Shown here piece by piece: positions 31,458 through 42,792 of a stretch of DNA of 64,000 bases. The position numbers were made by a program, and so were the translations under genes. Under the pieces are notes generated by a model, which had not been told where the DNA came from, did no database searches, and saw only the letters and a program-made list of their open reading frames with translations. Positions within the stretch are counted from its first letter, which is position 1, and every line of letters starts with the position of its first letter. This stretch comes from an uncultured delta proteobacterium (GTDB lineage Bacteria; Myxococcota; B64-G9). The stretch is from positions 32,001-96,000 of the forward strand of contig CAVWHX010000001.1 in NCBI GenBank assembly GCA_963754925.1, read 5' to 3'.

Positions 31458-33161
31458 ATGAAGCTCTTAGGCGCTGAGATTATTTGGGAGGTCTTGACCC
31501 GTGAAGGGGTGCAGGTGGTGTTTGGCTATCCCGGCGGTGCGATTATGCCGACCTACGACGCCCTGTTGCGATACAAGATCCGGCATGTGTTGATGCGGCA
31601 TGAGCAGGGGGCGGCCCACGCGGCCGACGGCTACGCGCGGGCATCCGGTAGGGTCGGCGTGGCGATGGCCACGTCTGGTCCCGGAGCCACAAATCTGGTG
31701 ACCGGGATCGCGACAGCCATGTTGGATTCGTCGCCGATTGTCTGCATCACCGGCCAGGTGGCATCGCATCTCTTAGGTACGGATGCGTTCCAGGAGGTGG
31801 ATATCACCGGTGTCACGTTGCCTATTACCAAGCACAACTATCTGGTTACGCGTGCTTCCGATATCGCTCCCATGCTCCGCGAGGCGTTTTATGTTGCTTC
31901 ATCCGGCCGACCCGGGCCGGTATTGGTGGATGTCACCAAGGATGCGCAGCAGGGCTCGTGTGAATTCGAATGGGATGAGCGTGAGGTACGCCTGCCGGGG
32001 TATCGCCCGATGTTATGCCCGAAGCCCGCTGACATCGAGCGTGCGGTTGAGAAGATCAATGCCGCGAAAAAACCGGTCATTTTATCCGGGCACGGCGTGG
32101 TTAAGGCCAACGCGAATGATCTATTGGTGAATTTCGCCGAACGTACCGGTATTCCGGTGGCGACAACGCTCCTCGGTATAGGAGGATTTCCTGCGTCCCA
32201 TCCGTTGAACTTGGGTTTTATGGGCATGCATGGTGAAGCCTGGGCCAACCATGCAATTCAAGATTCCGACCTGCTCATCGCGCTCGGAACACGTTTTACG
32301 GACCGCATCACCGGCAATCTTCGAACCTATGCCGTCAATGCGTACAAGATTCATGTCGATATCGATCCATCCGAGATAAACAAAAACGTCAAGGTCGATT
32401 TGGCGCTTATCGGCGATGTGCGTAAAACGCTCAATCTGATTCTACCCGGGATAACGACGTGCGATCGTTCCGATTGGATCGAACACATCAATAAGATCAA
32501 ACGTGAAGCTTTGGTCCATGACGTTCATCAGTTGCCCCACAATGGGCGGCTCTTTGCCGCAAACGTGATTCACGATATCTGGCGTATTACGCAGGGCAAG
32601 GCTTTGGTCGTGAGCGACGTTGGGCAGAACCAAATGTGGGAGGCTCAGTACTATAAGCACGATATTATTCACAAACATATCTCATCGGGCGGTATGGGAA
32701 CGATGGGCTTTGGGTTGCCCGCGTCGGTAGGCGCTCGATTGGCACGGCCTGACGACGAGATCTGGGTTATCGTCGGCGACGGCGGGTTCCAGATGACCGC
32801 CTGCGAACTGACGACGCTCGCCCAGGACTCATTAAAGGTCAATGTGGCGATCATCAACAATGGCTACCTCGGCATGGTGCGACAGTGGCAGGAGTTCTTC
32901 TACGAAGGCCGCTATTCGTGCACACCGATCAAGAGCCCGGATTTTGTGAAGTTGGCGGAAGCGCACGGTCATCTCGGGTTACGCGTCACCAAGCCCGAGG
33001 AAGTCGAGGAAGCCGTGGTCACGGCACGGAAGGCCCCCGGGACCGTGGTGATCGACTTCAGGGTTGAGCAGGAAGACTGCGTCTACCCATTGGTTCCGGC
33101 CGGGGCCGACCTGCGCGAAATGATCTGCCGGCCAAAGCCGTCTTGTCAGGACTTGGAATGA
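31458..33161 (+). CDS. ilvB: Acetolactate synthase large subunit
   Basis: FGYPGG, RHEQGA, TSGPGATN, AFQE, GMHG, GDGGFQM...NNGYLGMVRQWQ. Confidence 0.97.
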   Translation: MKLLGAEIIWEVLTREGVQVVFGYPGGAIMPTYDALLRYKIRHVLMRHEQGAAHAADGYARASGRVGVAMATSGPGATNLVTGIATAMLDSSPIVCITGQVASHLLGTDAFQEVDITGVTLPITKHNYLVTRASDIAPMLREAFYVASSGRPGPVLVDVTKDAQQGSCEFEWDEREVRLPGYRPMLCPKPADIERAVEKINAAKKPVILSGHGVVKANANDLLVNFAERTGIPVATTLLGIGGFPASHPLNLGFMGMHGEAWANHAIQDSDLLIALGTRFTDRITGNLRTYAVNAYKIHVDIDPSEINKNVKVDLALIGDVRKTLNLILPGITTCDRSDWIEHINKIKREALVHDVHQLPHNGRLFAANVIHDIWRITQGKALVVSDVGQNQMWEAQYYKHDIIHKHISSGGMGTMGFGLPASVGARLARPDDEIWVIVGDGGFQMTACELTTLAQDSLKVNVAIINNGYLGMVRQWQEFFYEGRYSCTPIKSPDFVKLAEAHGHLGLRVTKPEEVEEAVVTARKAPGTVVIDFRVEQEDCVYPLVPAGADLREMICRPKPSCQDLE

Positions 33162-33170
33162 GAGGATCCT

Positions 33171-33716
33171 ATGAGCAAGCCGCGAATGCGAACATTCATT
33201 GCCTACGTTGAGGATCGCCCGGGCGTCCTCAACCGTGTTGCGTCATTATTTCGGCGGCGTGGCTTCAATATCGATTCGCTGACGGTCGGCCGCACGCATA
33301 TGCCGGGGATCTCCCGCATGACGGTGATGATCGATGCGGATTCGGATACCGCCCGGCGCATTGAGGCGAATCTGTACAAGATCGTCAACGTTCTGTGGGT
33401 CGAGGATATTACCGAGGTTGAGATGGTCATGCGCGATCTCGTGCTGATCAAGGTGCGCGCCACCATGGAGCAGCGACCGCACGTTCTCCAGCTGTGCGAC
33501 GTGTTCCGCGCCAAGGTGGTGGACATCGGCATCGACGCGATGATCATCGAAAGCACCGGGACCCAAGACAAACTCGACAGCCTGCTCGAGGTGCTGCAAC
33601 CGTTTGAGGTGCTCGAGATGGTTCGCAGCGGCGCCATCGCCATGACGCGGGGTGCGCGTCCAGCACCGATTTTTGATCGCGGCAACCTTCGCCCCGGCGA
33701 AGAAGCGGTCGCCTGA
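33171..33716 (+). CDS. ilvN: Acetolactate synthase small regulatory subunit
   Basis: [30 protein letters not shown] domain. Confidence 0.95.
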   Translation: MSKPRMRTFIAYVEDRPGVLNRVASLFRRRGFNIDSLTVGRTHMPGISRMTVMIDADSDTARRIEANLYKIVNVLWVEDITEVEMVMRDLVLIKVRATMEQRPHVLQLCDVFRAKVVDIGIDAMIIESTGTQDKLDSLLEVLQPFEVLEMVRSGAIAMTRGARPAPIFDRGNLRPGEEAVA

Positions 33717-33751
33717 CGGGGAGTATCCTGCCGGGGAGAAGGACCACTACC

Positions 33752-35365
<1,614 letters not shown>

Positions 35366-35369
35366 GCAG

Positions 35370-37028
35370 ATGAATCCCAATAGCTTGCCTGAGCCAGCCG
35401 ATTCGCGGTCGATACGCATCCTTGACACCACGCTGCGAGATGGCACGCAGGGGGAGGGGATCTCGCTCTCGTGTACCGATAAATTACGCATCGCCCGTCG
35501 TTTGGACGCGTTTGGCGTCGCTTTCATCGAAGGCGGTTGGCCGGGATCGAATCCAAAAGACGTGGAGTTTTTTCGCCGTGCCGAAGAGCTCACCTGGGAA
35601 AACGCCACCATTGTCGCTTTTGGCGCCACCCGCCGAGCGGACAGCACCGTCGCGGAGGACCCAGGCCTCAGAGCGCTGATCGACGCCAAAGTCAAGGTCT
35701 GTGTCATTTTCGGCAAAAGCCATCCACTGCACGTGACCGAGGTATTGCGCACCACCAAGGACGAGAATCTGCGGATGATAGAAGAGAGCGTGGCGTTCCT
35801 GCGCGGTCAGGGGCGGCGTGTGATCTTTGACGCAGAGCACTTTTTCGACGGCTTCCGCGCCGATGAGGCCTATGCGCTTGAAACCCTCCGGGCGGCCGGA
35901 CGCGGCGGCGCCGAAGTGCTCGTGCTGTGCGATACCAACGGGGGGTCGTTGCCGTGGCGTGTCGAAGCGGCGGTGGGCACGGTTCGGCAAGCGATTGATA
36001 AACCGCTTGGCATCCACGCCCACAACGATATCGGCTGCGCGGTGGCCAACGCGTTGTCGGCGGTGCACGCCGGCGCCCGCCACGTGCAGGGAACCATCAA
36101 CGGCTACGGCGAGCGCTGCGGCAACACCAACCTGTGCACCGTCATTCCCACCCTTGAGCACAAGTTCGGACTTCGCTGCGTGCCGGCCGAAGAGCTGCAG
36201 GATCTCTACGACTTGTCCCGGTTTGTGTCCGAGGTGGCGAACATCGCCCCGGATGAACAGCAGCCCTATGTCGGCCGCAGCGCCTTCGCCCATAAAGCCG
36301 GCGTGCATGTCGCCGCGCTGCAACACCACCCGGATTCCTATCAACATATCGACCCGGCCACGGTGGGCAATAACGCCCGCGTGATCGTGAGCGAATTGTC
36401 CGGCAAAAGCAACCTGCTCAGCAAAGCCAAAGAGCTTGGTCTTGACGTTGAGAGCGGAGCCGAGTTGGAGGTGCTCGAACGCATCAAGGAAGACGAATGG
36501 CGCGGCTCGTCGTACGAGGCCGCCGAGGCCTCGGTGGCCTTGATGCTGCACCGTAAAACGCCGGGCTACCAACCGCCGTTCGAATTACTCGACTATAAGG
36601 TCATGGTCGGGCAACGGGTGGGTCAAGAGACCTTTTCCGAGGCGACCATCAAGATCGCGGTCGGCGATAACATCCTCCATACGGCGGCCGAGGGAAACGG
36701 GCCGGTGAACGCGCTCGATCAGGCGCTGCGCAAGGCGCTGGCGCCGGTGTATCCGATGGTCATGAGAATTCAATTGGTCGACTACAAAGTGCGCATCCTC
36801 GACAGCAAGGAGGGGACGGGCGCCACCACGCGCGTGCTGGTCGACAGCCGCGACGGCGAGCGCGAGTGGAGCACGGTCGGCGCCTCGACCAACATCATCG
36901 AGGCCTCCTGGCGAGCCTTGGCGGACAGCATTGAGTACGGAATAGTGAGCTCCGCCGACGAGGAGCAGTACAAAAAGATAAATACATCCGATCCAAATAA
37001 AACAAAGCATTCCAAATTAAAATCGTAA
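35370..37028 (+). CDS. cimA: Citramalate synthase
   Basis: DTTLRDGTQGEG, EGGWPGSNPKD, DAEHFFDG, CDTNGG, DYKVRIL. Confidence 0.9.
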   Translation: MNPNSLPEPADSRSIRILDTTLRDGTQGEGISLSCTDKLRIARRLDAFGVAFIEGGWPGSNPKDVEFFRRAEELTWENATIVAFGATRRADSTVAEDPGLRALIDAKVKVCVIFGKSHPLHVTEVLRTTKDENLRMIEESVAFLRGQGRRVIFDAEHFFDGFRADEAYALETLRAAGRGGAEVLVLCDTNGGSLPWRVEAAVGTVRQAIDKPLGIHAHNDIGCAVANALSAVHAGARHVQGTINGYGERCGNTNLCTVIPTLEHKFGLRCVPAEELQDLYDLSRFVSEVANIAPDEQQPYVGRSAFAHKAGVHVAALQHHPDSYQHIDPATVGNNARVIVSELSGKSNLLSKAKELGLDVESGAELEVLERIKEDEWRGSSYEAAEASVALMLHRKTPGYQPPFELLDYKVMVGQRVGQETFSEATIKIAVGDNILHTAAEGNGPVNALDQALRKALAPVYPMVMRIQLVDYKVRILDSKEGTGATTRVLVDSRDGEREWSTVGASTNIIEASWRALADSIEYGIVSSADEEQYKKINTSDPNKTKHSKLKS

Positions 37029-37064
37029 TTTCATCAACACGCTTATTTCGATTCGGCGGGGACT

Positions 37065-37409
37065 ATGGCGACCATACTTAAAACAACGGCACTCCTTGTC
37101 TGCTCCAATGTTTTCATGACGTTTGCATGGTATGCGCATTTAAAAAACCTGATATCAAAACCATGGTATATCGCGGCATTGATAAGCTGGGGCATCGCAT
37201 TCTTTGAGTATATGTTGCAGGTGCCGGCCAATAGGATCGGTTTTCAAGGCAACATTTCATTGTCTCAATTAAAAATTTTACAAGAGGTTATTACCCTATC
37301 GGTTTTTATTCCTTTTTCAATTCTGTACATGCATGAGGGTTTTCGGCTGAATTATCTATGGGCCGGATTGTGCTTGATCGGAGCCGTGTATTTCATATTT
37401 AAAGTATAA
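37065..37409 (+). CDS. DMT-superfamily small membrane protein (DUF486-like)
   Basis: SNVFMTFAWYAHL, SWGIAFFEY..QVPANRIG, QLKILQEVITL. Confidence 0.85.
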   Translation: MATILKTTALLVCSNVFMTFAWYAHLKNLISKPWYIAALISWGIAFFEYMLQVPANRIGFQGNISLSQLKILQEVITLSVFIPFSILYMHEGFRLNYLWAGLCLIGAVYFIFKV

Positions 37410-37447
37410 CACGAACCTCACCAATCAATACCCACGGTGAATCGACC

Positions 37448-37675
37448 ATGTCCAAGGCGCGTATGGAAGCTTTCAGCGATGGGGTGATCGCCATCATCAT
37501 CACCGTCATGGTGCTCGAGCTCAGAACGCCCCTACACTCCGATATTTCAGCCCTGCTTCCCATGATTCCGGTGTTTTTGAGTTACGTACTGAGTTTTGTA
37601 TTTCTCGGCATCTATTGGAACAATCATCATCATATGCTGCAAGCCATCAAGCAGGTGGATGGGCGAGCGTCGTAA
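37448..37675 (+). pseudogene. Truncated TMEM175/DUF1211 potassium channel
   Basis: RMEAFSDGVIAIIITVMVLE and YWNNHHH present; stops at 75 aa with no recognisable continuation before the next gene. Confidence 0.8.
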
Positions 37676-37764
37676 GGCTCATTCGCCATGACTATGGTTG
37701 AATTGATCTTGCCTGTTGGCGCACCCGATGGTAGAAGTGGCCTAGATCGACGGAGGTGATACTC

Positions 37765-38586
37765 ATGCAATATGTTTTTGATCCCGAGGTCATTCACGAA
37801 TGCGCGTTGAAAGGGTTGGGAAAGCCCAAGCCCGACATGTTCGAAGCCATCGCCGATGCCTTTGACGACAAGTACCCGGGCCATATCGATTTGAGCCAAC
37901 CGTGGATCTACAGCATCGCCGGCGGGGCGATGATCCAAATGAAGCTCTACTTCGCCTCGATCTTCGAGTACCTCATGATCTGGGGCACGCCGATCGGTTC
38001 GGAAGGCCACTCCGGACGCCATAAGGTCGGCTTCTGGGACACGGTGATAGACGGCGAAACCTGGTACTACGCCGAGGGACAGTTTGAGAAACGCATCTAT
38101 AAACCCGGTGATCGCATTTACGTTGGTCCGGGCCAGGCACGCGGGATGAATTTTACGGACGGCGTCTGGGCGGTCGAGTACGCCCGCGGACCGTTGCCGC
38201 TCTCGATGCCGTTCGGGCTGGCCGACGAATTTCTCTCCACTTTGGACTTCGCCACCGCCGGCCAGACGCTTGGCATTTACATGGATCTCATCGCCAGACA
38301 CTGGCGCAATAAAGACGCTCCCGGCGACTCCGCAATAAAGGCCATCAAAAAGATGGCAGGGAAAATACCCGGCTACCTCGGGCCGCTGCTTACCTCGCTG
38401 TGTACGCCGGCGCCGCCCAACGATGAGATACCAAGCGGCAAGGAGCCTACGGCCGAACCGCCTACTCCTGTTGCGGCTTCGGGTAAATCGAGCGCGCCCC
38501 GGAAGCGGCGAGCTCGATCAAGAACCGGCGGGGCAACCGGCGTTGGGTCAGACCGGACGCCCACGTATTTGTCAAGCCCGGAATAA
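37765..38586 (+). CDS. ERG2 / sigma-1 receptor family protein (sterol C8-isomerase-like)
   Basis: YVFDPE, AGGAM, EYL..GTPIGSEGHSGRH, DTVIDG, WAVEYARG, FGLAD...STLDF; GGAGGT RBS. Confidence 0.88.
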   Translation: MQYVFDPEVIHECALKGLGKPKPDMFEAIADAFDDKYPGHIDLSQPWIYSIAGGAMIQMKLYFASIFEYLMIWGTPIGSEGHSGRHKVGFWDTVIDGETWYYAEGQFEKRIYKPGDRIYVGPGQARGMNFTDGVWAVEYARGPLPLSMPFGLADEFLSTLDFATAGQTLGIYMDLIARHWRNKDAPGDSAIKAIKKMAGKIPGYLGPLLTSLCTPAPPNDEIPSGKEPTAEPPTPVAASGKSSAPRKRRARSRTGGATGVGSDRTPTYLSSPE

Positions 38587-38619
38587 TCGCCAGCCTTTTG
38601 CTAAGATCTTCGATAGCTA

Positions 38620-39486
38620 CTAGCGATGCCCGCCGCGGTAGTGCGCGGGCCGGTCACCCTCCCACTTCTCGCTCCAGCCGTGTCCGTACCAGGCGAAATT
38701 CTTCCCGCCACCGTCGATAAAATACGGCATTGGCCCGAAACCCCAAAGCCACGGAGCTTCAACCCAGGTCCAGCCAGCCTTGGCATAGTAAACGTACATG
38801 TACGGATCGCCATTCTCGTAATCCGGCGTGAACGTGTAAGCAGCGCCATAGGACATCCACACCCAACCATACTGTTGGGTATACGCCCACTCTCCGTCAG
38901 GAACCGAGGTGTGCTCAGCCTGTGGTTGCGGGGCCGGAGGGGTGGAGGGCGTAGCTGGAGGAGGCGGTGGTGAAACGTCCGGTTGGGGTGTTGACGGCGG
39001 TGAAGATGGTGGCATGGGTGGTGCAGCATTCGGCTGTGTCGCGAAACTGGCAAGTGGAAATAGCCCGCGCGGGGTGAAGGCAACTGACTGACCCGGTTGG
39101 AACGGCGGATAGCCTCGGTACCTAAAAATACGCACCACGCCGTCGTCAAAGCGGACCGCCATATCGTAGTAGCTAATCTCGCCGCCTCCCGCACTCGCAC
39201 CGGCGCCAACCATGGCGCCGCCCGCCGCCCCAAACAGCACCCCAAATCCACGGCCGGTAATCATGCCGCCCAGAAGGCCGCCCACAACTGCTCCTGCCGC
39301 AGCTCCAGCCGCCGGATTGCCTTCAGTACGTCGAACCGTTTCTCGAATCCATTCGACGCGGCCCTGTCGCTCACCCTCGGGTATGGGGGAGCCCGCGGTC
39401 CACGTCGTTCTGGTCTCGCTGGTTGAATAGCAGGCCGGAACCAGTAAGACCGATGCTAAAAGTAAGGCCGTGAATTTATTGCGCAT
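38620..39486 (-). CDS. Lipoprotein with glycine zipper, Pro-rich linker and Trp/Tyr-rich C-terminal repeats
   Basis: Lipobox VPAC, GAVVGGLLG...GAAGGAMVG, YGWVW and GWTWVEAPW. Confidence 0.75.
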   Translation of the reverse strand: MRNKFTALLLASVLLVPACYSTSETRTTWTAGSPIPEGERQGRVEWIRETVRRTEGNPAAGAAAGAVVGGLLGGMITGRGFGVLFGAAGGAMVGAGASAGGGEISYYDMAVRFDDGVVRIFRYRGYPPFQPGQSVAFTPRGLFPLASFATQPNAAPPMPPSSPPSTPQPDVSPPPPPATPSTPPAPQPQAEHTSVPDGEWAYTQQYGWVWMSYGAAYTFTPDYENGDPYMYVYYAKAGWTWVEAPWLWGFGPMPYFIDGGGKNFAWYGHGWSEKWEGDRPAHYRGGHR

Positions 39487-39580
39487 TATAGATACCTCAC
39501 TGACTGTGGGAGAAACCCGCCAATTGCGAAACAATGTAGGTTCGCCGGCCGTGTTGTCAAGCGCTGGAGCCCTATCCAAC

Positions 39581-40399
39581 CTATTCTGACTTCGAGTAAA
39601 TTGTGCGCGTCCCGGAGGCGGCGAGCTCGATCAACAACCGGCGCGGCAACAAGCGTTGGGTTAGAAACGCCACCAACGTATTCGCCAGCCCCGGAATAAC
39701 CACCGGCTTTTTGCCGAGAGCCGATAGAGTCTCGGCAACCACCCGATCGGGCTCCATAATGGGAAGCCCACGCGGGCCGGTCCGTGTTAGGTCTTCTTTG
39801 AGAAACGTCGGCGTACGAACAAGACCGGAACAACAGGTTAGTACATCCACACCATGCGGCCTTAATTCTGCCCAGAGGCCTTCTCCTAAGATCCGCAGGT
39901 ATGCCTTGGATGCTGCGTAATGGGTGACCCCCGCCGTGCCCTGCAGGCCGGCCATGGATGAAACCAGAATAATGCCGCCGGATCCCCGCTCGACCATGCG
40001 TTGACCGAAGGCATGCACCAGGGAAAAGGCCGATCGGCAGTTGAGATTCAAAAGATTTAAATGTTGTTGAAGAGTCTGGTCGAGAAAGTTGCCGATGGGT
40101 GCCAGGGCGGCGTTGCACACCAGTAGTCCGACATCTTTTGGGGAGCAACTGCGAATCAGAGAGAAGAGCGCTTCTCCGTTGGTTAGGTCATAGACCAGCG
40201 ACTCGACCTGGACATGGTATTTTTGGATGAGCTTCTGAGCAAACGCCGTGAGAATCTCCTGACGGCGGGCGATCAGGATCAGGTTGAGCCCTCGGCTCGC
40301 CAATGCCTCGGCGAACGAAGCGCCCAAACCTTCCGAACCCCCGGCAATCAGCGCCCACGGACCATAGCGACGACGGAATGACTCGTATAATGTGTGCAT
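39581..40399 (-). CDS. Short-chain dehydrogenase/reductase
   Basis: YGPWALIAGGSEGLG, LIARR, VSSMAG, catalytic YAASK. Confidence 0.92.
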   Translation of the reverse strand: MHTLYESFRRRYGPWALIAGGSEGLGASFAEALASRGLNLILIARRQEILTAFAQKLIQKYHVQVESLVYDLTNGEALFSLIRSCSPKDVGLLVCNAALAPIGNFLDQTLQQHLNLLNLNCRSAFSLVHAFGQRMVERGSGGIILVSSMAGLQGTAGVTHYAASKAYLRILGEGLWAELRPHGVDVLTCCSGLVRTPTFLKEDLTRTGPRGLPIMEPDRVVAETLSALGKKPVVIPGLANTLVAFLTQRLLPRRLLIELAASGTRTIYSKSE

Positions 40400-40418
40400 C
40401 TGCTGCCTCGTTCAATAG

Positions 40419-40503
40419 GTAGGGTGGGTGAAGCGTAGCGCAACCCACCGAAAATTGCGATACGTTACCGTAGTAGGGTGGCTAATGTGAAGCGCAACCC
40501 ACC
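40419..40503 (+). repeat. Two GTAG-type REP-like palindromes
   Basis: GTAGGGTGGGTGAAGCGTAGCGCAACCCACC (40419-40449) and GTAGGGTGGCTAATGTGAAGCGCAACCCACC (40473-40503). Confidence 0.65.
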
Positions 40504-40529
40504 AAACATAGTGATGGGTTTCAGCAGGC

Positions 40530-40567
40530 AAAAAAAACGATACGCACGTTCGACCACGTGCGTATCG
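40530..40567 (-). terminator. Intrinsic terminator
   Basis: Perfect 12-bp stem (40538-40549/40556-40567), 6-nt loop, T8 on the minus strand. Confidence 0.9.
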
Positions 40568-40575
40568 CGCCTAAT

Positions 40576-40832
40576 ACCGAGAGATTATGCATTCCAAAAA
40601 CCCTTTACCGAACATTTCCGACTGTAGTGACGTCATCCACCACACCAGCCGGATTCATATGGTCAAATCCTGCAATGTCCGAGGGAGAATCGAATTCGGC
40701 ATTAATCTGCATTCTGTGATGATGACACATGGTGCAGTTAGCCCCACCATTGTTTCCGGGGCAGCCAATTCTTTGCCCTCAACTTCCCTACCAAGCAAAT
40801 ACTCATTCGTTTGAATGCACAGTGCTCTCGGT
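40576..40832 (-). ncRNA. Candidate structured ncRNA of unknown family (257-nt core)
   Basis: Ends pair (ACCGAGAG/CTCTCGGT, GTGCATTC/GAATGCAT); several nested helices with G-U pairs on the minus strand; bracketed by promoter, boxA-like motif and terminator; no convincing ORF. Confidence 0.7.
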
Positions 40833-40920
40833 TGTCAAAGAACCTAAAACTACTTTTACCTCTGAGTTAAACTTTAACTCTTAATTTTTGTTTGTAAAGT
40901 CCTTATTTTAAAAAAGTTTT
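40832..40920 (-). promoter_or_regulatory. Promoter, palindrome and boxA-like element of the candidate ncRNA
   Basis: AT-rich upstream tract, TTTACA(40898-40893)-16 nt-TAAAGT(40876-40871), palindrome GAGTTAAA-C-TTTAACTC (40864-40880), GTTCTTTGACAA (40843-40832). Confidence 0.65.
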
Positions 40921-41052
40921 TGGATACCTTCCTGGGAGCAGTTTCCGTATATACATGAACAGTAATTGGCACTTCGGGTGGCTTTCTGTTTGCGAAAACG
41001 TTTGACCCTACCCAGGACGTTCTGCTATCGGGAACAGATTGGAGCGCAATCA

Positions 41053-41526
41053 ATGCTCACAATCTACATCGATGGCGACGCCTGTCCGGTAAAGCAGGAG
41101 ACCTTCCGCGTGGCCAAGCGCTACGACCTGGAGGTTTTCGTGGTGGTCAATCGTCCCATGCAGCTCCCGACCGCGGACCAGGTCCGCCTGGTGGTCGTGC
41201 CCGGGGGCTTCGACGCCGCCGACGACTGGATCGCCGGGCATGCCGGGTTCGGTGATATCGTGATTACGGCGGACATCCCGCTGGCCGGCCGCTGCCTCAA
41301 AGTCGGCGCCTACGTGCTGGGGCCCAAGGGGCGCGAGTTCACCGAGGACGGGATCGGCGAGGCGCTGGCCACACGAACCGTCATGGACCTGCACCGTCAG
41401 CTTGGTGAGCTCACCGGCGGGCCGGCCGCCATGGACGACCGAAGTCGCTCCCGGTTCCTCTCCAAGCTGGATGAGCTGGTGAACAGGATACGAAAAGATC
41501 AAAAGGATTCCCCGACGCGGACGTGA
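41053..41526 (+). CDS. YaiI/YqxD (UPF0178) family protein
   Basis: IYIDGDACPVK, DAADDWIA, VITADIPLA. Confidence 0.92.
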   Translation: MLTIYIDGDACPVKQETFRVAKRYDLEVFVVVNRPMQLPTADQVRLVVVPGGFDAADDWIAGHAGFGDIVITADIPLAGRCLKVGAYVLGPKGREFTEDGIGEALATRTVMDLHRQLGELTGGPAAMDDRSRSRFLSKLDELVNRIRKDQKDSPTRT

Positions 41527-41530
41527 CCCA

Positions 41531-42676
41531 TCATACCTGTCTTTTTACCTGAAAAGGATCCGGAATCGGGGATCGGTCGCGATGTTTCTCAGCGAGCTTT
41601 GTTAAGTTCGACGAAGCCAGGTACTGTCGACCGCGTTTGTCTCCGACAATGGTTAGCAACCCGGCATCGGCCAAGGCCTTTAAATCTCTACTGGCGACGA
41701 GCATGGAAACATCGGCATCATACCGATAGGCACTATTGCGGAGTCGATCGCCAAGCGAGGCATTGACCAACGAGGGCGCAGCGCGTTCAGGAAGCCCTTG
41801 CTTTTTCAATTCTTCCTCAATCTCCTCGCCAATTGCAGACACGGTATTCAAACGCCTCTCCGCGCTCTTAGCCTGCCGATAATGCGCCGTAAGACAAAAT
41901 CGAACCCATGGTTTTGCGTCCCGTTTTGGATTCCATGTTCCTTTGCCCACTTTTGCGAGAACATCATAATAGGCAAGTGTATTTCGACCGAGATACTCTT
42001 CGATGCTTGAGAAGGTCGGATCTAAGATTCCACCGCGCGCCAACACTAACGTTTGTAAACATCGAGCCATGCGCCCATTGCCGTCTGAAAAAGGGTGGAT
42101 CATAACCAAATTGAGGTGAGCTAATGCTGCTTGTATTAGAAGCAGTGAAGAGTCTTTTCCTTCCTGGTTTAATGAGATAACAAGTTCACCCACGAGACCG
42201 GTAACGTCTTCAGGTGAGGGGCCGGAATACAACGTTTCCCCGGTGGCTGAATTTCTAACGAATATCTCACCGTGGCGCCATGTTCCTGGATTTGATCGGG
42301 GGTCGTGCCTCAACATGATGAAGTGAAGGCTGCGTAAAAGATCTTTGCTATACGAGAAGTCCGGCGCGTCAGACAGTCGAAGAACGTAATCCATGGCTTC
42401 TCGATAATGAACCACATTGATCCAAGATATCTCGTCTGATTCAAGAGGGCTGTCGCCTTCGACTGCCGCTAGGGCATCTTCACGGCTTACCGTGTAGCCT
42501 TCAATGCTGTTCGATCCCTGAATAGCTCGGGCTCGCAGGTTTCTGGCAAGTAGTCCCGTCCACTTTCGCGGTCGAGCCTGCAAATTATGTCGTAACTCGC
42601 GCCAGAGTTGGCGAATACGATCGAGGACTGAATGCTCTTCACGACCGATATTTGGTATGCGAAACAGCATGGTCAA
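41531..42676 (-). CDS. Fic-domain protein with probable C-terminal HTH
   Basis: Canonical HPFSDGNGRMAR; N-terminal inhibitory-type motif SNSIEG; ASRDLKAL...GLL. Confidence 0.92.
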   Translation of the reverse strand: MTMLFRIPNIGREEHSVLDRIRQLWRELRHNLQARPRKWTGLLARNLRARAIQGSNSIEGYTVSREDALAAVEGDSPLESDEISWINVVHYREAMDYVLRLSDAPDFSYSKDLLRSLHFIMLRHDPRSNPGTWRHGEIFVRNSATGETLYSGPSPEDVTGLVGELVISLNQEGKDSSLLLIQAALAHLNLVMIHPFSDGNGRMARCLQTLVLARGGILDPTFSSIEEYLGRNTLAYYDVLAKVGKGTWNPKRDAKPWVRFCLTAHYRQAKSAERRLNTVSAIGEEIEEELKKQGLPERAAPSLVNASLGDRLRNSAYRYDADVSMLVASRDLKALADAGLLTIVGDKRGRQYLASSNLTKLAEKHRDRSPIPDPFQVKRQV

Positions 42677-42792
42677 TTATATAATTACAAAACGACTTAA
42701 AGTCAATAAATAATTATCAAACAGTTGTATAGTAATTATATAATATCTATGAATGAACTTATTAACAATGAGTTAGGCTACGTGCAATCCGT

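Noticed and set aside
40587..40814. 75-aa plus-strand ORF
   Set aside because: No RBS or recognisable domain; promoter, terminator and G-U pairing all point to the minus strand
40576..40832. Cobalamin riboswitch (AGGGAA...CTGCCCC resemblance) or 6S, SRP, tmRNA, RNase P
   Set aside because: No B12-box or other hallmark motifs seen, and no obvious antiterminator; rejected by eye only, needs an Rfam scan
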